Origin: a virus
Lineage: Duplodnaviria; Caudoviricetes
Direction: 5' to 3' (one strand)
DNA length: 53,794 nucleotides
Virus record (IMG/VR): IMGVR_UViG_3300025141_009405
Location: 1-53,794 of that record
Each line of letters opens with the position of its first letter. Position 1 is the stretch's first letter. A program made the position numbers and the translations under genes. Below the pieces are notes generated by a model. It saw only the letters and a list, made by a program, of their open reading frames with translations, was not told the DNA's origin and did no database searches. This document shows positions 45,797 to 53,649 of the stretch, piece by piece.

Positions 45797-48700
45797 ATGG
45801 CAGACGGTAATAAGGTATTTGTTTCTCCAGGGGTATATACTTCTGAGAAAGATTTAACATTTGTAGCACAAAGTGTAGGTGTTACAACATTAGGTATGGT
45901 TGGTGAAACTCTAAAAGGTCCAGCTTTCGAACCTATTTTTATACAATCGTATGATGACTTTACAACAAGGTTTGGTGGTACTTCACCAACAACATACGTG
46001 GATTCACAAATTCCTAAATATGAGTTAGGATATATAGCTAAGTCTTACTTAAGTCAATCAAATCAATTATTTGTGACTAGGGTATTGGGTATTAGTGGTT
46101 ATGATGCAGGACCATCATTTAGTGTATTAACTTTAGGGGAATTAGACCCTAAGAGTTTTAGAGCTACTGGTGTTTCAGGAAGTAGTACTACTTCGGCGAT
46201 TACTACCAGTACAGTATTACCTTTCGTAGTTCCACTAACTGGTACTAATACCACTGTGGGTGAAACTGCATTTATTAATGATGCGATGAATGGTGACTTC
46301 TTCTCACAAATTCCAGGTGTGGTATTAAACCACTTTAGAACATCTGATACAGATACCGAATTTGGTGAAACGGTAACATTAACAAATGGTACTACACTAC
46401 CAACGTTAAAACAATCGTTCCTTGATTTTTTCGCTTCAAGTTTAAGTCTTAAAACAGCATCTAATACTTTATGTTATACTGGTGGTTCACAAACTCCAGC
46501 TTCAGGAACGACTGCTTGGCCTTGTCCAGTAGTCTACCAATATGGTTGTATACCTAGTGCAACTACTAACGCAGCTACAGCAAATACCGTAAATACATTA
46601 ACAGCTGCAACTTCAGCAGTAACGGTGACTAACGTCTTGGGTAGTGAATGTAGTGACTGGGAATCATATAAAAACGATTCTTGGTATTACGCTTTATTTG
46701 ATAATGACAATAGTACAACATGTTGTACAGGTTCTACATATAGTGGGGTTTCGTACCAACTATATATTAGTGGTAATCCAATAGATATAGCTTTCTCTGC
46801 AGCTGGACCTTCAGGATATGATGGTTATTATTCGGCAGCAACAGGAACAACAAGTGCTGGTACAATAGTTTATTCTGGTAATGTAATAATGGATTATGTA
46901 TCCTACACAAATTTATCAGCTGACAGTGAATATGATGGTATGGTAGTATTAACTTTAAGGTCTAGAGGATTGAGTGATAAAGCCTCGGGTGGACCAGTGT
47001 ACTCTATTAGTGCAAATACAGCCACATTCCAATGTACCGGGGATTACCATAAGGTATTAGAAAATCCATTTGCTTCGTTTGGGGTTAGTGCAGGAACTGT
47101 AGATGGTACAGCGTATACATTTAAAACTTCTATGAGTAATACGTCACAAGATTATGTATCGAGAGTATTTGGTAGAAGTCCTTTTGATAAAAAGAAAGAA
47201 GAGGTACCTTTATTTGTAGAAGAAGCATACCCAGCATTATTAACTGACTCTTGGAAAAAAGGAAAAGTTAGGGGGTTACAATGTTGTTTCCAATATTTAC
47301 CATCAGCAAGAAATACAACCAACACAAATACTATCGCTTGGTACATGCATCAATGGACAACACCAGAAACTCCATGGATTGTTTCAGAGTTACAAGGTAC
47401 TGATGTGTATAGATTATTTAAATTTATTTCTATATCTGATGGTACATCAGCAAACAGAGAAATTAAAATTTCATTAATTAATATGTCGTTTGAGAGGGGT
47501 GAATTTGATGTCTTAGTAAGAGATTTCTATGATACTGACGCAAATCCAAACGTACTAGAAAAATACACTAGATGTAGTCTAGACCCAACAAAAGTTTCCT
47601 TTATTGGTAGAAAGATAGGTACATCTACAGGTGAGTTTGAATTAAAATCTAAATACACAATGTTATATTTAGGTGAAGGATTATTAGATGGTACATTCGC
47701 CAATTCAGTACCAGCAGGATTTGAGGGTTACAGATTTAGAGCTTATGGTACTTGTCCGACTAACCCTAAGATAATATATAAAACAAAATACTACAAACCA
47801 GGTGAAGCACTTTATGACCCTCCTTTTGGTAGTGGTACAGTGAATAATCAGACCGTAAGTGGTGGTGATAAAGTAAGTAAAGTTTATCTAGGTGTGTCCA
47901 ATAGTGCGGGTGCAGCTTATGACCCAGACTTCTTCAACTATAAAGGAAAACAAGTACCAACTACATTATGTACAGCAACAGATGGTGGTGAGTGGAACGT
48001 AATCACTAAAGGATTCCACATGGATTCTGGAGCTACTGTAGTTATAGGTGGTAGTGGAGCTTATACTGACTGGACTGGTACTACCTTAAATGGATTACCG
48101 GTATTTGATTGTGGAGCAGGTCAATTTAACACTGAACCAACTCTAAGTACAGAAACTTATAAAAAACTTAGAAGTCGTAAGTTTACGGTTGCACCACACG
48201 GTGGTTTTGATGGTTGGGATATCTACAGAAAAACTAGGTCTAATACAGATGATTATAGAATGGGACTAAGTGGTTTCTTAGCAGGAGCTTGTACGAGTAG
48301 TGATTTCCCACTAGGTACTGGACTAGGTTCATTTAAGAAATTAAGTTCTACTGAAGCAAATACAGATTACTTTGCATTCCTTAGAGCTATAGAAACTTAC
48401 AATAACCCAGAATCGGTAGATATTAATGTGTTTACAACACCAGGTTTAGATTATGTAGATAATTTAGGTCTTGTAAATGAAGCAATAGATATGGTAGAGA
48501 CGGAAAGAGCAGACTCTCTATATGTGGTAACAACACCAGATTACAATATGTTTGTAGCTGACACGACAGACACCACAAATCAAGTTACACCAGAAGAGGC
48601 TGTGGACAACCTAGAAGATTCATTAATTGATTCTAACTATACAGCTACTTACTACCCTTGGATACAAGTAAGAGATACGGCAAATAATAAACAAATTTAT

Positions 48701-49252
48701 ATCCCACCAACAGCAGAGGTAATGAGAAATATCGCATTAACAGATAATATCTCATTCCCATGGTTCGCTTCGGCAGGGTATACAAGAGGTTTAGTGGACG
48801 CAGTGAAAGCTAGAAAGAAACTGACTTTAGATGAAAGAGATACATTATATGTGGGTAGACTTAACCCTATCGCAACATTTAGTGACGTGGGTCCAATAAT
48901 CTGGGGTAATAAAACACTACAAATTAGAGAATCTGCTTTAGATAGAATTAATGTTAGAAGATTGTTATTACAAACTAGAAAATTAATATCAGCTGTTTCA
49001 GTAAGATTAATATTCGAACAAAATGATGATATCGTAAGACAACAATTCCTAGACTTAGTTAACCCAATTTTAGACTCTATAAGAAGAGATAGAGGTTTAA
49101 CTGACTTTAGAGTAGTACTTTCTAACGACCCTGAAGAAATAGATAGAAATGAAATGAACGGTAAGATATATATTAAGCCAACAAGAGCGTTAGAATATAT
49201 ATTTGTTGAGTTCTTGATAACACCTACCGGAGCTTCTTTTGAAGATATATAG
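45797..49252 (+). CDS. Contractile tail sheath protein (gp18-like) with large insertions
   Basis: True start ATG 45797. VSPGVYTSEKD, YYPWI, PWFASAGYTRG, RLNPI, WGNKTL, LDRINVRRLL, IKPTRALEYI. Confidence 0.95.
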   Translation: MADGNKVFVSPGVYTSEKDLTFVAQSVGVTTLGMVGETLKGPAFEPIFIQSYDDFTTRFGGTSPTTYVDSQIPKYELGYIAKSYLSQSNQLFVTRVLGISGYDAGPSFSVLTLGELDPKSFRATGVSGSSTTSAITTSTVLPFVVPLTGTNTTVGETAFINDAMNGDFFSQIPGVVLNHFRTSDTDTEFGETVTLTNGTTLPTLKQSFLDFFASSLSLKTASNTLCYTGGSQTPASGTTAWPCPVVYQYGCIPSATTNAATANTVNTLTAATSAVTVTNVLGSECSDWESYKNDSWYYALFDNDNSTTCCTGSTYSGVSYQLYISGNPIDIAFSAAGPSGYDGYYSAATGTTSAGTIVYSGNVIMDYVSYTNLSADSEYDGMVVLTLRSRGLSDKASGGPVYSISANTATFQCTGDYHKVLENPFASFGVSAGTVDGTAYTFKTSMSNTSQDYVSRVFGRSPFDKKKEEVPLFVEEAYPALLTDSWKKGKVRGLQCCFQYLPSARNTTNTNTIAWYMHQWTTPETPWIVSELQGTDVYRLFKFISISDGTSANREIKISLINMSFERGEFDVLVRDFYDTDANPNVLEKYTRCSLDPTKVSFIGRKIGTSTGEFELKSKYTMLYLGEGLLDGTFANSVPAGFEGYRFRAYGTCPTNPKIIYKTKYYKPGEALYDPPFGSGTVNNQTVSGGDKVSKVYLGVSNSAGAAYDPDFFNYKGKQVPTTLCTATDGGEWNVITKGFHMDSGATVVIGGSGAYTDWTGTTLNGLPVFDCGAGQFNTEPTLSTETYKKLRSRKFTVAPHGGFDGWDIYRKTRSNTDDYRMGLSGFLAGACTSSDFPLGTGLGSFKKLSSTEANTDYFAFLRAIETYNNPESVDINVFTTPGLDYVDNLGLVNEAIDMVETERADSLYVVTTPDYNMFVADTTDTTNQVTPEEAVDNLEDSLIDSNYTATYYPWIQVRDTANNKQIYIPPTAEVMRNIALTDNISFPWFASAGYTRGLVDAVKARKKLTLDERDTLYVGRLNPIATFSDVGPIIWGNKTLQIRESALDRINVRRLLLQTRKLISAVSVRLIFEQNDDIVRQQFLDLVNPILDSIRRDRGLTDFRVVLSNDPEEIDRNEMNGKIYIKPTRALEYIFVEFLITPTGASFEDI

Positions 49253-49260
49253 TATTTATA
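49253..49260 (+). promoter_or_regulatory. Putative late promoter motif TATTTATA
   Basis: Immediately after the sheath stop, 13 nt before ATG 49274. Confidence 0.6.
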
Positions 49261-49273
49261 ACAAAGAAAAGAT

Positions 49274-49951
49274 ATGAAATTCAGTAAGAAAATATTAACC
49301 GAGAGTCTAAGTCAAACAAAAAGTGATAAGAAAGTTTTTACAGAAGGTAAAAGACAGAATGTCATTTTAAGTGAAGAACAATTAGATAGATTATTAGCGA
49401 GATTAGAGGAGACAAAACAAAATTCTATTAATACAATTATTAAAGAATGTCACCAATTAATTAGAGAATCAATCAAGAACGAAGGGTTGGATTTAAATAG
49501 TGATGATTATTCTGGTACTCTAATGGAACAAGGTCAATATGACAGAAATCCGGGTGTTGCTGCGGCTGAAGGTTTGGAAAACGTTCTAAACGGGATAAAG
49601 AAAGCCTATGAGATGATTAAAGATAGTGATACTAGAAAAAAACTAGCCAATTCTATCACCAAATTAGGTAACTTTATGACTATTACAGCTGACGCAATCG
49701 CTTCTGGGAGAGACCAAAGAGCAATGGCAAACCCAGATTCATTAAAAGACCCACTTCCTTATCCTGAATTAGATACCGTTACTGTTGATGACGAAGAGAT
49801 TAGTGAGGAACATGATGATATTCCCAAAATAGCTCATCTAGATGTCGAAGAAGGAGAAAAAATTCAAGAATCAAAAGAAGAAAAAGAAAAACTAATCCAA
49901 GAGGATATAAAAAAGATGAAACAAATAATAAAACCTATATCAAAAATCTAA
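49274..49951 (+). CDS. Helical late protein with tag motifs
   Basis: KKILTES, VILSEEQLDRLLARLEE, C-terminal LIQEDIKKMKQII. Confidence 0.55.
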   Translation: MKFSKKILTESLSQTKSDKKVFTEGKRQNVILSEEQLDRLLARLEETKQNSINTIIKECHQLIRESIKNEGLDLNSDDYSGTLMEQGQYDRNPGVAAAEGLENVLNGIKKAYEMIKDSDTRKKLANSITKLGNFMTITADAIASGRDQRAMANPDSLKDPLPYPELDTVTVDDEEISEEHDDIPKIAHLDVEEGEKIQESKEEKEKLIQEDIKKMKQIIKPISKI

Positions 49952-49955
49952 AAAT

Positions 49956-50354
49956 ATGAAAAAGATTAAATTAAAAGAGGGGGATTTAGTTAACTTAATA
50001 GAAAAATTAGTTAAAGAAAACCTCGGAGCTGGAAACGGTCAAAATTTCGGTATGATGGGAACACCAACCGCAAAATATAAAGAAATGATGGAGACACAGA
50101 ACCTGGAAGAAGATAGTGAGGGGGAGGAGACTTATAACTATGGTGATGATGAAGGACATGATAAAAAAGAAGAAATGTCTATGGAAGACCATGTTAAAGC
50201 GATTGAGGACCATTTAGGGTACCTTAAAAAAGATATGGGTTATGATGAAGACCATGAAGACCGTGATGAAGAAGATACAGATTTTCGTGAGTCTAGAAAG
50301 CCAAGAAAAAGAATGGCAGAATCTAGAAAAGTGAAAAGGTCAAGAAGAAAGTAA
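49956..50354 (+). CDS. Acidic/basic late protein sharing its N-terminal ~45 aa with ORF 1064-1798
   Basis: MKKIKLKEGDLVNLIEKLVKENLG...GTPTAKYKE, acidic middle and R/K-rich tail. Confidence 0.6.
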   Translation: MKKIKLKEGDLVNLIEKLVKENLGAGNGQNFGMMGTPTAKYKEMMETQNLEEDSEGEETYNYGDDEGHDKKEEMSMEDHVKAIEDHLGYLKKDMGYDEDHEDRDEEDTDFRESRKPRKRMAESRKVKRSRRK

Positions 50355-50355
50355 A

Positions 50356-50387
50356 AAGTAAAAGGTCCTTACGGACCTTTTTTACTT
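50356..50387. terminator. Bidirectional terminator between convergent genes
   Basis: AAAAGGTCC-ttac-GGACCTTTTTT. Confidence 0.85.
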
Positions 50388-50618
50388 AACTAATTTACCA
50401 CCATTCAGTAATATTAAAATCAATATCATTGGAGCTAATATAGGTGCTTTAAGTATGTGTGAGATAATGTAGAACACATACCACTTGTTAGTGGGTTCAT
50501 CACCTCGTCTAGACTCAAACGAAAGGTAACTACTATAAATGTCTTTTTCATTAATTAACAAAAATACAAACATTAATATTTGTGAGATAAGTAGGTAAGG
50601 TATAATATATTCTAACAT
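50382..50618 (-). CDS. Small 2-TM membrane protein
   Basis: 78 aa with two hydrophobic segments. Confidence 0.6.
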   Translation of the reverse strand: MLEYIIPYLLISQILMFVFLLINEKDIYSSYLSFESRRGDEPTNKWYVFYIISHILKAPILAPMILILILLNGGKLVK

Positions 50619-50676
50619 AATTTTTATTTTAAAAGGTTAAACTTCTATTAATATATACGATTTTTTTAACTATAAG

Positions 50677-51255
50677 TTACAATTTTTTAAATCGTAGTTT
50701 TGAAAAATAGTAGTAGTTATATCCATAAATATTCTCATAAGTTTCTTGAACATAAATATTTATGATTTTATTCTCTACATTAACTATTTCGTAGTGGATT
50801 GGTCTTGATGAACCACCTAATAGTTGGTAGTTACCAGAAATATCTTCAGTTACTGTAACATTATTTGTTGTTACATTTAAACCATACGGATATATGGAAT
50901 CCCCGTCTATAGTAAAACTTCCATTTCCTGGAACATTTTCCGGGAAGTCAAAACACCAAGTCGTTTGGTGTCTAACTATATTCTCAAAAGAAAATAATGA
51001 TATCCCATCATATCGTAAACTACTACTTAAACCACTACCGAATAAAAATATTTCAGTATTCTCCTCAGTATCTAAATTTTGGACATACATGGTCCCACTT
51101 CTTAAAATCCAACATCCTTCTAGGAAGTTAGTCTCTACATAATCTCCATTATTTTGTGTTGTTGGGTATGTGGTTGTACATGGGGGGTATATTGGTTCTT
51201 TAATGCAGGAACTGAGTAGGAGAAACAAAGATAATATTTTTATTAGATTTTTCAT
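50677..51255 (-). CDS. Predicted lipoprotein (lipocalin-like beta barrel possible)
   Basis: MKNLIKILSLFLLLSS-C lipobox; LEGCW resembles the lipocalin-like LxGxW. Confidence 0.7.
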   Translation of the reverse strand: MKNLIKILSLFLLLSSCIKEPIYPPCTTTYPTTQNNGDYVETNFLEGCWILRSGTMYVQNLDTEENTEIFLFGSGLSSSLRYDGISLFSFENIVRHQTTWCFDFPENVPGNGSFTIDGDSIYPYGLNVTTNNVTVTEDISGNYQLLGGSSRPIHYEIVNVENKIINIYVQETYENIYGYNYYYFSKLRFKKL

Positions 51256-51259
51256 ACTA

Positions 51260-51291
51260 CAAAGATAATAAATAAAATCGATTAAACCAAA
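51260..51291 (-). promoter_or_regulatory. Bacteroidota consensus -33/-7 promoter
   Basis: TTTG-N20-TATCTTTG, then 4 nt to ATG 51255. Confidence 0.75.
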
Positions 51292-51299
51292 TTAATTGG

Positions 51300-51307
51300 T
51301 ATTTATA
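51300..51307 (+). promoter_or_regulatory. Putative late promoter motif TATTTATA
   Basis: 4 nt before ATG 51312. Confidence 0.55.
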
Positions 51308-51311
51308 TTAT

Positions 51312-52166
51312 ATGTCACAACAAATAATAATAACTAAAGAACAGTTAAAAAGAGTGGGTGGTTTAATAGAAGAACAATCTCCAGGCATTAGAGCATATAG
51401 TTTCGATTGGGATGATAATATTCTTAAAATGCCCACCACAATTAAAATGTTAAAGAAGACTGATAATGGGTGGGAACCTATTAATGTTGGTACAGAAGAA
51501 TTTGCTTTGGTTAGAGATAGTGATGGTTATAAATTAGATGATGGTGCCTTTGATAATTTTATAGATGATGATGCATTTATTAGTGATTTAGAACAGGCTC
51601 TAAGTACTAATTCATTCGCACCTTCATTCGATAAATTTAAAGAAGCACTAATATATGCAAATCCGATATCTATAATAACTGCAAGAGGACACAATCCTAG
51701 AGCGTTAAGAAAAGGTATGGATTTGGTCATTTCACACACATTTAGTGAAGAAGACTTGGGGAGAATGATTGACAATATCCAACAAACATACCCTGAATTA
51801 GAAGGGGAAGACGCAGGAATAGTATTAAAAACTTATTTAGATTCACATGAATACCACCCAGTCACATCCAAAATGTTTACCGATAGATTTGGTTTGGAGG
51901 GTGGCTCGGCAGCAAATCCAGAGGAAAATAAAAAGATAGCATTAAGAGACTACGTTGCAAATATAGTCTCCAAAGCCTCTCAAATGGTAAATACGGGGGA
52001 TAAAAAACTCTCAGTTGGGTTTAGTGATGATGATTTGGGTAACATAAACGCAATAATTCCTTTTATACAAGAGGTATTACAAGTAGAATTTCCAGATGTA
52101 GATTTTGTGGTTTACGACACATCTGAAGGTGGAATGAACAAAATAGTATTAAAACAAGTCGATTAA
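51312..52166 (+). CDS. HAD-superfamily phosphatase with N-terminal tag
   Basis: FDWDDN (motif I), IITARG (II), K (III), GFSDDD (IV). N-terminus QIIITKEQLKRVGGLIEEQ. Confidence 0.7.
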   Translation: MSQQIIITKEQLKRVGGLIEEQSPGIRAYSFDWDDNILKMPTTIKMLKKTDNGWEPINVGTEEFALVRDSDGYKLDDGAFDNFIDDDAFISDLEQALSTNSFAPSFDKFKEALIYANPISIITARGHNPRALRKGMDLVISHTFSEEDLGRMIDNIQQTYPELEGEDAGIVLKTYLDSHEYHPVTSKMFTDRFGLEGGSAANPEENKKIALRDYVANIVSKASQMVNTGDKKLSVGFSDDDLGNINAIIPFIQEVLQVEFPDVDFVVYDTSEGGMNKIVLKQVD

Positions 52167-52188
52167 GACATTTTTTCTATTCCCGATA

Positions 52189-52196
52189 TATTTATA
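52189..52196 (+). promoter_or_regulatory. Putative late promoter motif TATTTATA
   Basis: 39 nt before tube ATG 52236. Confidence 0.6.
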
Positions 52197-52235
52197 GTAT
52201 ATAATAAAAAAGTAAAAACAAAAAATTAAAAAGAT

Positions 52236-52724
52236 ATGGCTGACTTATTAATGAAAATGCCTATACCTTATGAACCAAAGAAAAAGAATAGGTTTATTTT
52301 AAGATTCGACTCTTCTCTGGGAATTAATGAATGGTATGTAGAAAGTACTTCTAGACCACAGGTTACTATTAACTCTGTAGAAGTACCGTTCCTTAACACC
52401 TCTACGTATGTAGCGGGTAGGTTTGTATGGAACACAATAAACGTTACATTCAGAGACCCAATCGGACCATCTGCCGCACAAGCGTTAATGGAATGGGTTA
52501 GAACACACGCGGAATCAGTAACAGGTAGAATGGGTTACGCTGCGGGTTATAAGAAAAACATTGACTTAGAATTACTAGACCCAACAGGTGTTGTGGTGGA
52601 GAAATGGATTCTACAAGGGTGTTTCTTAACTGACGTTAACTTTAATGATTTAAGTTACAGTGATGACGGTCTTGCAAATATTTCAGCCACATTAAGACCA
52701 GATAGATGTATCTTAGTTTATTAA
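52236..52724 (+). CDS. Tail tube protein (gp19-like)
   Basis: EPKKKNRF, YVAGRFVWNTINVTFRDP, YKKNI, VVEKWILQGCF; downstream of the sheath. Confidence 0.9.
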   Translation: MADLLMKMPIPYEPKKKNRFILRFDSSLGINEWYVESTSRPQVTINSVEVPFLNTSTYVAGRFVWNTINVTFRDPIGPSAAQALMEWVRTHAESVTGRMGYAAGYKKNIDLELLDPTGVVVEKWILQGCFLTDVNFNDLSYSDDGLANISATLRPDRCILVY

Positions 52725-52745
52725 ACTAAAACAAATATATTTTAT

Positions 52746-52771
52746 AAAAGCCCTTTAATTAGGGCTTTTTT
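52746..52771 (+). terminator. Terminator after tail tube
   Basis: AAAAGCCCT-ttaatt-AGGGCTTTTTT. Confidence 0.85.
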
Positions 52772-52890
52772 ATTGCAAATCACTTTACTTTAATGTTGTA
52801 TTTTACAATGCTTATAGCGCAACAGATTTAAATTAATAAAAACTAAACATATATATTTACTATTATAATATATATATTAAATTATAAGCT

Positions 52891-53649
52891 ATGCAAGAAC
52901 AAGTAGGACAACAACCGGAAACAATATTACCATATGATATGGTGAGTTTACCTTCTCAGGGAGTCTTTTATAAAAATAAGAAAAAAACTCTTAAGGTAAC
53001 TTATTTAAATGCTTCAGACGAAAATTTATTGGCGACACCAGCATTACAAGCTAACGGTGAATTAATTAATACCTTATTATCTAGAAAAATTTTAGATAAA
53101 GATATTAATGTTATGGATATGCCAGAATGTGATAAAGAAGCTGTCTTAGTATTTTTAAGAAATACAGCTTTTGGGTCAGATTACAAAATCACCCTAACAG
53201 ACCCAAAAACAAAGGAGTCTTTTGAGGCCACAATTGATTTATCAGTACTCAAAACTAACGAAGCTGGTGTTGAGTTAGATGCAAACAACGAATTTGACTA
53301 TTATCTAGAAATGTCTAAAAAGAAAGTAAAATTATCTTTTTTAACACCACAAGATGAAAGAACACTAAAAGGTCTAGACGAACAAAACAAAAATGCAACG
53401 GTAAACCCCTACATGACCAAACAATTGGAAATGTTACTTAAAGAAATAGATGGTGTTAGAGACCCAATGACTATCGCACAATTCATCCAAACAATGCCAA
53501 TTCGAGATTCTCAAAACATTAGAAAAATAGTTAGAGAAAATTCGCCTTCACTAGATTTAACTATCCCCGTGTTAACTCCATCGAATGAAGAGATAAATGT
53601 GAGAATTACATTCGGGGTTGAGTTTTTTCGTCCTTTCTACGGCATATAG
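52891..53649 (+). CDS. Tail assembly chaperone / gp26-like baseplate hub assembly protein
   Basis: VSLPSQGVFY, A-x-DENLL, DKEAVLVFLRNTAFGSDY, ends GVEFFRP; follows the tube gene. Confidence 0.8.
   Translation: MQEQVGQQPETILPYDMVSLPSQGVFYKNKKKTLKVTYLNASDENLLATPALQANGELINTLLSRKILDKDINVMDMPECDKEAVLVFLRNTAFGSDYKITLTDPKTKESFEATIDLSVLKTNEAGVELDANNEFDYYLEMSKKKVKLSFLTPQDERTLKGLDEQNKNATVNPYMTKQLEMLLKEIDGVRDPMTIAQFIQTMPIRDSQNIRKIVRENSPSLDLTIPVLTPSNEEINVRITFGVEFFRPFYGI

Noticed and set aside
585-52481. Antisense and nested ORFs in the track (e.g. 1255-1509, 5951-6520, 12429-12902, 24490-24921, 27838-28140, 39731-40003, 43375-43560)
   Set aside because: They lie fully within well-supported genes and show shadow-frame composition (S/I/F/L-rich) with no recognisable motifs.
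52772-52890. AT-rich quasi-palindromic gap before the chaperone gene as ncRNA or origin
   Set aside because: Only low-complexity (AT)n symmetry with no stable GC stem or iterons; insufficient support.
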